Positions 50,731-62,639 of a DNA stretch of 64,000 nucleotides are shown here, in pieces. Position 1 is the first letter of the stretch. Each line of letters begins with the position of its first letter. Position numbers and translations under genes: made by a program. This stretch comes from Isurus oxyrinchus (Eukaryota). The stretch covers positions 40,548,001 to 40,612,000 of the forward strand of contig JANJGN010000018.1 in assembly GCA_026770705.1 (NCBI GenBank), read 5' to 3'. The notes beneath the pieces were generated by a model, which was not told the origin of the DNA, made no database searches, and saw nothing but the letters and a program-made list of their open reading frames with translations.

Positions 50731-53700
50731 CTGGAGGAAAGAAATAATGAAAGATCAGAAACTCATTTTCTTTTTTGTCATACCAGAAAATTCTCTTTAC
50801 AGACACTGATGGGATGTCCTGTTTATTTTCAGCATTTTCTGTTTTATTTTAGATTTCCAGGATTTGAGTTTTTTTTTTTGTCTACACATAAGAAGCCTTT
50901 TCACCAGAATTTGTAGATTGATCATGTTCACAAGCTTAATCTGAGTACATTCTGCAGCTATATGCATAACCTGAGGCATTACTATTCAAGGCATTTCCCA
51001 CCCAGGCTATGAGTCACCTATCAGGCATGCTGACAAATTACTTTTGAAATCTTCTCTTCCTGGGTGGCTGAGGGAGTGTAAACTGATTGACACCAGTGTG
51101 TTACAGTAAAAAGGCCTGAAAGGGAGTTAAAAAGAGGGTGTTATTGATTCTTATAATACTCATGTCATACTCCACAAGAACACAGGTTTAGTTGGTTGAG
51201 TATCAACAGGACTGTGAAACTGAATTAAACCTTTAAATCACACTTTTATGAAGTGCTTTGCAATGTTCTTCTAAGTTAAAGGCACTATATAAATGCAAAC
51301 TATAAATGTAAATTGTGTGCTGCTGCCGCACATTGGTCACACTCTATAATTCAACAACACCTTGCATTTATTGTGCCTTTAACATAGAAAAATGACACTG
51401 AGCTAAAGAAAGAAATGTTAGAATGGCTACCTAAAACCTTAGTAAAAGAGGTGGGCTTTAAGGAGTGTCATAAAGAGGGTATGGGGTGGAAAGGAGGGGT
51501 TCAGGGAGGAACTGAGACTGTAAAGTGAGAGAGGCTTATAGAGATGGGAAGGGACATGGCCATGAAGACATTTAAACACAAAATGAGAATTTTAAATTTG
51601 AAGCATAGGAGGACTGGAAGTCAATGATGGGGAGTGAAGATAGGGTGGTGGGAGAGTAGGATGTGGTGCGGGATAGAATGTGGGCAGCAGAGTTTTGCAT
51701 GAGCTGAAGGTTACTGAGGATGAAAAATTAGAAGATGGCTAGAGAGCATTGGAATAGTCAAGTATGAAGGTTACAAAGGCATGGATGAGAATTTCGACAG
51801 CAGATGAGCTGGAAGTAGAAGTGGTGGTTAAGGAAATGGAATAAGCTCATTGTTGTGATGGATATACATTATATAAGTCCTTAATGTGTAATCCAATGCT
51901 ACTGAGTGGATAATTTTCTCATTACAGAATCCAAAGAAATTTACCCTGTCCTTCTTGTTGTGATCAAGAGGGAATGGAGATGCTGATGGCCAGGAGGGCT
52001 GGGGGGAGGCTGAAAACTTTCCTGAGAAGCCTGGGCTGAGCAATCCTGTTCCTCCTGGTCCACCAGGATTATGAAAAAACCACTTACTTTAGGAAGCTGA
52101 TAGCTTTAGCCTCAGGTCAGCTGTGAGGAATCTCAGAGGTCACGTTTCCCCCTCATATATTATTAAATTTGAGTCACGAGACCACTGACATCAGCAGGCT
52201 CTGCCTTTGGTATGTTAGTTAGGACCCTTGGCCTTTTGCAGGATGCTCGTCCATGAACTAATTTCTGGAACTTTGTGGGGCCAGGTTGCCTAATTGTGAA
52301 ATTTTAAGCCCCACAACCCTTCCCTGCCAGTCAATGGACAGGGTTTTAAATTGAGGAGTGTATCACTGAGACTAATCAGACCCCAAAATAACACCTCTAC
52401 TCATAGTTCTTATCAAAAATGTCCAATCATATTCTATCAAAAAAGAATTTCTGTGGTGTAAAACTGCCAAGTCAGTCCCTCTGCCATCCAAAAACCTTTA
52501 AAATCAGCTTTATTACAAATTTACACGTTAAAAAAAATTGATCAAGAAAATCACAAACATATCCACTGCACTTTCTATTCACCCAGCTGTTTCCCCAGTA
52601 CCTCAAACTTGGTAGGCCAACTCTGTGCATGTGCCCTTGAGTCAATCCCACTCTAATTTCATCTATGTCCATTCTACATTCTACCATCTCCTGCCATTCC
52701 TTGCTCCCTCCCTCTTGTAGCTTCTCACTGTTCAAAAATTAATAAATAGAGAGAAAAAAAAACAAGAAATAGAGGAAAAGTAACAAAGACACAGGAATAT
52801 ATTAACAGAGTTCAACAGAGAGAATAGGGGTGCAGTGATATTTTAACAGAGATAAATGGAGATAGTAAGGGAAACAGGAAGAGATTAATAGAAATGGGGA
52901 GAATAAGGCACAATATTAACTCACATTTTGCAGTAGTTTTCCCGTAGAATATCCTGCACTGTTTTACTTTAAACACACACTAAGCAGTGGTGCTGGGGCA
53001 GGGGCAAGGTGGAATTAGGCGACTAAAGACATTGTCCAGGGGGATGTTGGGGAGTCAGGGCAGAAATGAAAAGTTGCCAATAAGAAAAACAAGGTCCTGA
53101 TAGCAGTCAAAGTATCCAGGCAGTGGAAACAGAGAGATGGTTGTGAGTTACATAACAACCTTGGTGATGTAAGTATGATACATGGGTATGTGGGCAAGTT
53201 TATCATGGGTACCAAACAGACTCCAAGGTTTGCTATTGATCAAATGGATTCAGAATAGTTGCTGGTTGAGATGGTTCAGATAGAGAAGGCAAACAACTCA
53301 GAATCTAGTGCTGGTTGTAGATTTCAAGCTTCAAAGTGGTTGATTTGAGTCTGAGGCTTAATTGTAGTCAAGAAATGTCTGGGTTGTGGAGATGGTTAGA
53401 GAGATCTGTGGCCTAGAGATTAGCTATTTGACTTGAGGTCAGAGTCCTGGGTCTTCCTGCGGTATGTGGGCAGAGGCCTGGCTAGATGAAGTCTGAACCC
53501 AAGGTCTGGCTGGCCAATGGTTTGGGTTAGGTTCTCGCTGGACAGCAGAGGAGAAACAATCCAAATTTGGTATTCATGGAGAAGCAAAATCATCGTACAA
53601 GGGTTGAAAGCAGTGATGGAAGAAAGCACATGAGTGAGAGAGACACACACAAAGAAAATCAGTGAGGCTGACAAAGACAGAGAAAGAGAGAAACAAGTGA

Positions 53701-54819
53701 GAGTAACACAAACATGGAAAGACCTTAGGACAGCTTTTCAACGGATTCTCCAAGCTACTCCGGGTTGTTTGCATATAGTAGCCCTCCAACATGGACACAA
53801 GTCACAAAGTCTTCTTTCATTCCAAACATTCAGGAAAAATAAAATATTCTCTAAGTAGAAACCATTCTGACTTCAACCTTACAGCAACCACCAACCACCC
53901 AGCCCCACCACCAATCCTCTTCTTAGCTATACACTGTTTCCTTATCCAACCTGATTCAAAGAGAAACACAATGGCAGCATTGCCTCATTAAAGGTATATG
54001 AATCCTGCATTGCATACCTCAAGCTACTTGAATGCTGTGGTAGATCAATATTGTACTTAAAATCATTGCTGGGAATACGCAATATATTTTATGTTGAAAT
54101 GTTTAGATAACTTACGGTACAACTGCTATGCACCTTTTCTTTCTGGTAATGTTTGAGTTTGTTACAATATAACTTGTGCGTGCATAATCTTTATGATACT
54201 TTGTGGATTTTTAACATTAAACCCCTGTGGATTTTCAGTGTTTAAAGGGATATGGGAGCTAGGGGACCTATCTAATATCAGTCACCACTGTAGATGCGAT
54301 ATAAATTTAATATACTTTAAAATTACTTTTTAACATAAGGCATTTGTTTGGATGTATTATACCTCAGATGCGTGTAACACAGTGAACAGAGTAGTGAAAG
54401 TAAATCTGGTGTATGACTTCAGACACGTTAACTCTGGCTCACGGTTACACTCTTGCTTCTGAGCCAGAAGGTTATGGGTTTAAGTGCCACTGCAAAGGCT
54501 TGAGCATGTAATGTGAGCTAACACCTCACTGCAGCTCTAAGGAAGTGATGTAATGCTTGCAGCTCATTTCCAGCCAGCACCACAATATCAGCTAATGCAC
54601 TTCTCACACATGGATCAGACAGGTACTCAATGGCCTTTTAAGTGTCTGCAACCCTTTCATTGTTCCCATCGACCTATAAGAAAAGTCAAAATCTGTTCAC
54701 CTTCATAAAGCATTCCCAATGCATCATGCACCAGTCAGCAGGAGTGCACTGAAATTATTTAATTTAACTGATGACATATGATTCAGGAAAGATCAGCATT
54801 TTGTTGATGAGTAAGTTAC

Positions 54820-55236
54820 CTTTATCTTGTACAGTGACCATGACCAGCCCAGACTCATCCTCCCCTAGTTTGTACCAGATATTGTTGGCATTTTGAATCC
54901 ATTCCTCCACATGACAGTAGTAATTGCCCGTGTCACTGCTGGCCGAGTCCTGCACCGTCAAGCTATACAATCCATTGGAAGGTCTCTCTAACTGCAGTCT
55001 GTCCTTCATTCCCTCAGCTCCATCCAATGAGACATCGAACCCAAACACTGAATTATGATCAACTTTTAAAATTGTCTCCTTTTGGTCAGCACCTTCCTTG
55101 ACTTTCCACACGAACCAGGATACGGCAAACTGGGAATTATCTTGTGTTCGGTGGGTTACATTGCAGCAGAGCTGAAACAAGTCCTTCTCTGGTATGCTAA
55201 TGTTCAATTCTGTTTTATCCACTTGCATTTTAAATT
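54820..55236 (-). CDS. IGSF3: IGSF3-like protein, membrane-proximal Ig V-set exon with EWI motif
   Basis: AG/GT-bounded 417-nt phase 1-1 exon; LCCNV..VSWF..DTGNYYCHVEEWI. Confidence 0.85.
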
Positions 55237-57169
55237 CTGTTTGTGAAATTGAAAACAAGGAGATAACAGGTTTTAATGTTTAATCTGTGAAAATCAGAAA
55301 AAGTCAATGCACCCATTTTTCTCTCCGTTGATTAAACTCATCAATCTGATGCTCCCAACAGGGAGTCACACTGGAAGACAGTGCAGCTCAGAGAAACATA
55401 GCTGCAAAGTTGCAGTCCTATTTCCAATCCATGCTTCTTCTGAGCCTCACTTCCTACTGGGAGTGCTGGATCAGTGAATTTACTCTTATATTCATACTAT
55501 TTCCCTCAGCCAAGGGTGGAACAAGCCCAGATTCAGACACCTCTGCCCAGGTCAACCCACCAGGAGGAAAAATTGAATGACGCAGAAAGGGTTTTATCTT
55601 AAGCAGACTGTTACTGCAGTTCCTACATGTAATTATTGTACCTGACAAAGTCAGATGGGATTTTTAATTTATATAGCAGACGTGACCTCGAGATGAGAGT
55701 CAGCTGTGATAGCTTCTCACATTCAAACTGTTTGCCGACTCCTTGCCGTCCAGGACCACAGGCTAAAATAAATAAGTTGTTGAAGGGCTACATGGGTGAG
55801 CCCCTTTAGCAAAGACAAGAGGAGGGAATAAAAAATTAGAGGCAGAAAAAAGATGCAGACCAATTCAAAGCAAAGAAGTTCTTGCATTCCAAACACTATT
55901 ACACCTGAGTAACAATCATATTTTTCTACAATAGCCCTAGTATAAAGTAAATGCTGCATTAGTTTTCTTTTTTCAGTTGTGCCACACATCGTTTTGGTTC
56001 CATGGTATATTCCCACCTCCAAGCACCTTACCCTGAGGCCAGCCCCTAGCAGCTGAAGCTTCCTGGCATGGCAGTGGCTTGTAGCCAATTAAACTGTACT
56101 CATAAGGGAAATTAAGCTCTATTTTTCAACAGAGTATAAATTTTGTAGGTGGAGCACACTCCCACCGCCTGTGATGGCTGGATGCATGTTACTTTCCAAC
56201 CACTCCATAGACGCGAATGGAAGATGCAGTGCCCCTCCCTGTTGCTCCACCAGACTGGCCCTCAGCAGCTCTCACACTCATCTCATAGTGGGGGCTGCCA
56301 GCCAGCACTGTAAAAGGCATGATGTCCTGCACTCCAGCCTTGGGAAATGCTCACCACCACTAACTGGACAACAAAAGTGGAGGCTGTTAATTAACTGCCT
56401 CCTGTAAAATGAGGCCATCGGATCTGCATCTCAAACGGACGGCTTCAGGACCCAGGAACAATCTCAATATTGCCTACTGTCTAGAGACATATATTATAGA
56501 TTACAGCAAATTTCAGTTACACTACATCAAAACTGCATCTTCAGAGCCATAGCTGGAGGCTTACAATTAATTCCAATACAATGTGGATTGTCATATGGAG
56601 TTCACTGCGGAAAATCCCATTGCATAATGGCCTATTTCATGGCTTCATTGCAGCGATAATAGGCCTTTTATAGCAGATCTCAGGAATTTAAATTTTGCTG
56701 GATTATTCCTTATGGTGCAGCAATACTAATTCTTGCAGTTTCCTCAAGGACAATTTCCTCAGCATACTCGAATAAACTCTTATGTACACATATCATGTGT
56801 GGCACCATCGCATCTGATCATGTCTCACACCTTTTCTGCCTGTAGCCACCAAAGCTGGAAGCTGGATACCAGCTTAATCAGGAGTAGGTGAGGAAGAGAT
56901 GAATGTCCAGGTGGTATTTCAATACAAAGGAATTTTTTGCCAAGTAAGTCACACTGTGATTAAGTCAATATTAACACCAGCAGTGCTAATGAGATTTCAA
57001 GAGATTGCCTCAGGCAGGCTATAACTATATCATTAGATTTGCTTGGCTTTTTTTCATTTAAAAAAATTAATAACATCTGCATCTTGCAAAATGATTACGT
57101 GTAGCCAATGTCACAATTAGTATTTGAGAAATTTGAGTATAGCTGCCTGATTATACTACTGGCCAGAAG

Positions 57170-57560
57170 AACATAAGAATTAGGAGTTGGCCATTTGGCC
57201 CCTCGAGCCTTCTCTGCAATTCAATAAGATCATGGCTAATCTGATCGTGGCCTCAACTCCACTCTCCTGTCTGCCCTCCTTAACCTTCAATACCCTTGTA
57301 GATTAAACATCTGTCTAACACAGCCTTGAATATAAATGACCCAGCCTCCACTGCTATCTGGGGTAGAGAATTCCAAAGATTAACAACCCTCTGAGAGAAG
57401 AAATTCCTCTTCATATCCATCTTAAATGGGAGATCCCTTATTTTTAAACTGTGCTTCCTAGTTCTAGACTCCCCCCATGAGGGGAAATATCCTCTCATCA
57501 TCTACCCTGTCAACCCCTCCTCAAAATCTTACATTTCAAGAAGTTCACCTCTCATTCCTG
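57170..57560 (-). mobile_element. CR1 LINE 3' fragment
   Basis: ESRTRKHSLKIR..RNFFSQRVVNLWNSLP. Confidence 0.8.
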
Positions 57561-58598
57561 GCCCTTTAAGAACAACCCTACGACCACCACTTTCTTCCCC
57601 CACCTGACTGCGTATAAACATGTGTGCGTATGAGGAATACACACCCCTGCTTTTAGGCTGTGAAGGTGTAATATATTACTCGTCAGGACAACGCTGCAAA
57701 CAGGATTAACGTTGTTCAGTTACTGCCCAGGAAGAGTTTACAGAACAAAGTGTTAAACTTTACAAAGCCTATTGCATATGAATTTTAAAAGAAACTTTTG
57801 TTTAACATGGAATACCAAGTAAGATGGAATCCTGTCAAAATAATAGGCATAATAGGGGTGAATTTTGTCACAAGCCCACAGCCTGGGTAAAGTAGACAAC
57901 ACTGAGTCACTGGACAGTCTGGTGCCCTTGTTAAATTCAATCTTGTCATTAATAATGATGCATCATCCAACTGACAGGATTGTGCTAACCCATGACAGTG
58001 ACATTGAACTCCTTTGAAACATAGAAGAGCAACTAATAGTGGCACTCAAATTTTTCAGGAAACCAGAGCACATGTAAATCTTGCTAGCCCCGCATCACCT
58101 GTGTTAAGTGTGTGGAATTTTGGGGGTGGGGGTAACTCATACAGCAAGCAAGATATTTATACAATGTGCACTGTGGTACTGTGATGGGCACTGTGTTTTG
58201 GCTCTAACATCTGTATTGGAGGCAAGACAGCATAGCTCATTTGGGAACTGCTGGTGCTGTTTAAGCAGGACATTTATAATGTTTGCGGTGTTATGCTATG
58301 GATTTGATGCCAAAATAGACAAAACCTCTGTTATATTTATGATGTAAACAACATTGCAATTTAAAACTGAGGTAATTCAGTACATATCAATCGGCTGGAT
58401 GTTATTGTATTTCAGAAACCAGATTTCAGCTAATTTTCTGTATAATTTAATTCCTCAAACATCGTACAGCCATGTCTTAAGATTTCCAATAAAGAGACCT
58501 CATGTAATGTGGTCTGATGCCAATCAGAGGAATAGCTTTTGTAAATCACTCTTCAAAAATACATTTCTCCCAAATTGAAATGAATAGCTATAGAATAC

Positions 58599-59009
58599 CT
58601 GGTTGTTGTACAGTGACAGTAGTCAGTCCAGACTGATCCTCTCCCAGTTTATACCATACATCATTAGGGTCAAGTAGCCATTCTTCCACATAACAGAAGT
58701 AACTCCCAGTGTCTGATGTAGTTGCTTTCTGTAGTGTCAGACTGTAGAGTTCATTGGTAGTTTTTTCAAACTGTAGCCTATCCCTCAGGCTTGCACTGTT
58801 ATTCTCAGAGCTGCCATACTCAAAAACAGAATTCCGATTCAGGCTGAGAATAGGATGTCTATCTTGCTGTAGTGCTCTCTGGGCATACCAGAACACAGAT
58901 AGTTGGGAATCCAAGTTGGTACGATTGCTGATCTTGCATTCCAGCAGAATCTGACTATCCTCTGGCACCATAATATTTCTTTCAGTTTTGACAGTTTGCA
59001 AATTGCTTT
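58599..59009 (-). CDS. IGSF3: IGSF3-like EWI-family protein, Ig V-set domain exon
   Basis: AG/GT-bounded 411-nt phase 1-1 exon with Ig motifs LECKI..VFWY..YSLTL..DTGSYFCYVEEW. Confidence 0.85.
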
Positions 59010-59875
59010 CTGTAGGTAGAAAAAGTTTTCACTTTATTAAAAGGAAATTTGAAAGCCAAAGAATTTAAATATTATAGAATACTAGTTTCATAATTCCCCA
59101 ACAGATTTATCAGATATTCTATTCAAACACATTAACATGACTATGTTAAAAAAACGTGATTTGTGTAAACACATAGAAAATAGTTTGACCTTTTGAGCAT
59201 CAAAACAGCTCATAAAAACAGAAATTACTGGAAATCAAAGATTCACAGAATGGTTACAGCACAGAAGGAAGCCATTCAGCCACCACGTCCATGTCAGCTC
59301 GCTATAAGAATTACTCAACTAGTTCCACTTCCCTGCCTTTTCCCCATAGCCCTGCAATATTTTTCTCCTTAAATAATAAGAGTATCTAATTTCCTTTTAA
59401 AAAGCATGATTGAATCTGCTTCTATCACACTCTCGGGTATTGCATTCCAGATCCTAACCATTTGCTGCATAAGTTTTTTCATGTTGCCTTTGGTTCTTTT
59501 GCAAATCATCTTAAATCGGTGCCCTCTGGTTCTCAATCCTTCCACCAACAGGAACAATTTCTCCTTATTTACTCTATCTAGGCCCCTCATGATTTTCAGC
59601 ACCTCTATCAAATCTCCTCTTAACCTTTTCTTCCATAAAGAGAGCAGCCCCAGCTTCTCTAATCAGTCCACATAACTGTTGTCCATTCTCCTAAATCTTT
59701 TCTGCACCCTTTCCATTGCCTTCACATTCTTGGCCAGAATTGGAGATAATATATTCTAGTAGAGGCCAAACTATTGTTTTATGCTCTGTCTTTATTCATA
59801 AAGTCCAGGATCCCATATGCCTTATTTACTATTTCTCAACCTGTCCTGCCAGCTTCAATGAGCTGTGCACCTATG

Positions 59876-60637
59876 GGGTGGAATTTAATCTTCTCCCCTG
59901 AGGTGAGTTTGGATAATGGGTGCATTTAATCAGGCTAGGGGGTGCAGGTGGGGACCTCACTGCCTTCCCGTCTCTGCTCCAATTATGTCTGGAACAGGAA
60001 GGCTCACGGGCGGCTTCCTGGCCTGACGCCAATTCATGCCCACACTTACCGGCCTCATCCTGCTGCTGCTGGCATTCAACCAGACGAGGGAGGCCAAGAG
60101 ACAAATCCTGTTGAGTTTGCCTGCGGGGCTTCCAGGAGGCGAAAGGAGAATGTCCCTCATCGTCAGGCACTCACTGACAGATCGGGGGACCCCACATCAG
60201 GAAGTGGGGGGCAGGGGTCCACTGAGAGCTGACCCTGCTCTTTCTTCCAACCCCTAACTAGCCCCTATGCCAACCTCTAGCCAGTGACCACTGACCCCCA
60301 TCCTGCCCTCACGATACCTGTGGCCTGAGTCTCTCGTTCATCCTGGGCATCGGTGGGGGGGGGGGGGGGGGGGGGGGGGTGCATTGCCGGCAGCTACACT
60401 GCTCCTGGTGGTGTTGCCTACTATGGAGAGTTGTTGGCCTCTGATTGTCCAGCAGTACTCGTGGGATGGGATTTCTGTCCCCAAGGTCCTTGATTCTGAG
60501 GAAGGCTCACTGCTGGCCACTTAAGTACCTGAGAGGCACTTAATATGGTGGGCCTTCCCCGAAGGCAGTGACGCGGGATTCTTGCCAGCTTTCCAGTTGG
60601 CAGGTGAGATCCCTGTCACCTGGATTAAGTTCCACCA
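59876..60637. mobile_element. Harbinger-type non-autonomous element inserted in a CR1 fragment
   Basis: TIRs GGTGGAATTTAATC / GATTAAGTTCCACC. Confidence 0.7.
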
Positions 60638-61514
60638 ATACCCCTTGGTCCTGCTGCTCCTACAGCCTCTTTTGCCCCTTTAAAAAAAATAAAGGATACA
60701 ATTAATTGTTTTCCCTCATTCTTCCTATCAAAATGTATCACTTCTCTGCATTAAATTTCATCTGCCACATGATCGCTCATTTCACCAGCCTGTCTTTGTC
60801 TTCTTGAAGTCTATCACCAACCTCTTCATAGTTCACAATACCTCGAAGTTTTGTGTCATCAGTAAATTTTTGCAATTGTGTCCTGTGTACCCAAGTCATT
60901 AATCATTATCTTCTTCAGTTCTCTGCCCAAAGGCACGTCCTTGGCAATAATTCGCTGAACCACAGCAAGGTGCCATGATTTGTTACTATAGGTAGGAAGG
61001 AGGCAGGCCCAAGTCTACCTCAGCCGAACAGAGATTGAACTCCATGCTGCTGGCATTAGGTCACGAACATAGATCATGAAAAGCAGTGATCCTAGTACCG
61101 ACCCCAGGTGAACTCCACTATTTATCTTCCTCCAGTCTGAAAACAACCACTCACCGGTACTCTTTCCTGTCACTCAGCCAACTTAGTATCCATGCTGCCA
61201 TTGTTCCTTTTATTCAATGGGCTTTAACTTTACTGACAAGCGTGGCACTTCATCAAATGCTTTTTGGAAGCCCATGAATACCCCTTCAACCACATTACCC
61301 TCATCAACCCTCTCTGATATTTCCTCAAAAAACTCAATCAAGTAAGCCAAACATCATTTTCTCTTAACAAATTGTGCTGACGTTTCTTCATTAATTAACA
61401 TTTGTCCAAGTGACTATTAATTTTTTTTGGAGGATTATGGCCAGTGTCTCCGCATTTTCCACCCATACTTTTGTAAATGTCCTGGGGTTGATCTGATCCA
61501 GTCCTGAAGATTTT

Positions 61515-61880
61515 TAAAATTCTTTCACAGGATGTGGGTATCACTGGCAAGGCCAGCATTTGTTGCCCATCATTAATTGCCCTTGAGCTGAACATTTCAG
61601 AGGGCAGTTAAAAGTCAACCACATTGCTGTGTGACTGAAGTCACCTGTGGGCCAGACCAGGCAAGGATGACAGATTTCCTTCCCTAAAGGGGTGATCGTG
61701 AACTAGGTGGATCTTTATGATAATCGATGATAGCTTCATGGTCATGATTAATGAATCTAGCTTTATATTCCAGGTTTTTTATTAATTGAATTTAAATTTC
61801 ATCAGCTGCCATGGTGGGGTTTGAACCCATGTCCCCAGAACATTACCAGAGCAGTGAAATTACCATTACACCATCATCGT
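61515..61880 (-). mobile_element. SINE sharing its 3' tail with the 14047 LINE (also 34390-34730, 16905-17130)
   Basis: ggatgtggg..caaggccagcatttgttgcccatc tail plus tRNA-like head (ggtttgaacccatgtccccag). Confidence 0.65.
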
Positions 61881-62639
61881 AACACCTCCCCTTTGTCAAT
61901 TTTTAGCCCATCTGGTGTCTCAACTACTTCCTCTTTCACTTCTTCCTTGATAAAGACGGATGCAAAGTAGTCATTTAGTACCTTAGTCATGCCCTCTGCC
62001 TCTACATATAAATCTCTTTATTGGTCCCTGATTGACCCTACCCCTCTTTTTATCAACCTTTTACTTCCTAAAACGAATGCACTACTGACCACTCGAAGAG
62101 GAAAATGATTTCCAACAGCATTCATCAGCCTGTGACCAATGTTTGTCAAAAAAATCAACAATATGAACAAGAAACTAAATGGCCCCAAATGAAATAACTC
62201 GAGAAGTAATGAGATTTATGATGATGACAAAGTGACATATAGGGCTTATTACTAAGATTATTGTCTGGAAAAGTTGCAGGTAATAGATCAAGAAACAAAC
62301 AAAGAACACGGAACGGTGATGAGCAGAAGTGACATTAGATGCTGATACAATCTAACTGTACTGAGTGCACTGATCACTAGCCTCAACAGCAGTTAACACA
62401 CAAATAAAAAGGGCATTTGTGTGTGGAGAGGTGAATTTCTCATTGTATTCTTCTGCAATCCAGGTGAGTTTCACACAAAAATTTTGCAAAAATAATTTAA
62501 ACTATACGGTAGTTTCTCCACCACGAGAATACACACAACCCCTGAGTGTCTACATTCTTCAACGAGCCATTCAGATAATGACAGCACTTAGCTGCATAGG
62601 AAAGCAACCACAGAAATCAGCGTGAGCTCCTCTCCTGGA

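Larger units (their letters stand above)
59240..62070 (-). mobile_element. CR1 LINE fragment with nested MITE and SINEs
   Basis: IEVLKIMRGLDRVNKEKLF..RTRGH; RT-like remnants 60640-61450. Confidence 0.7.
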
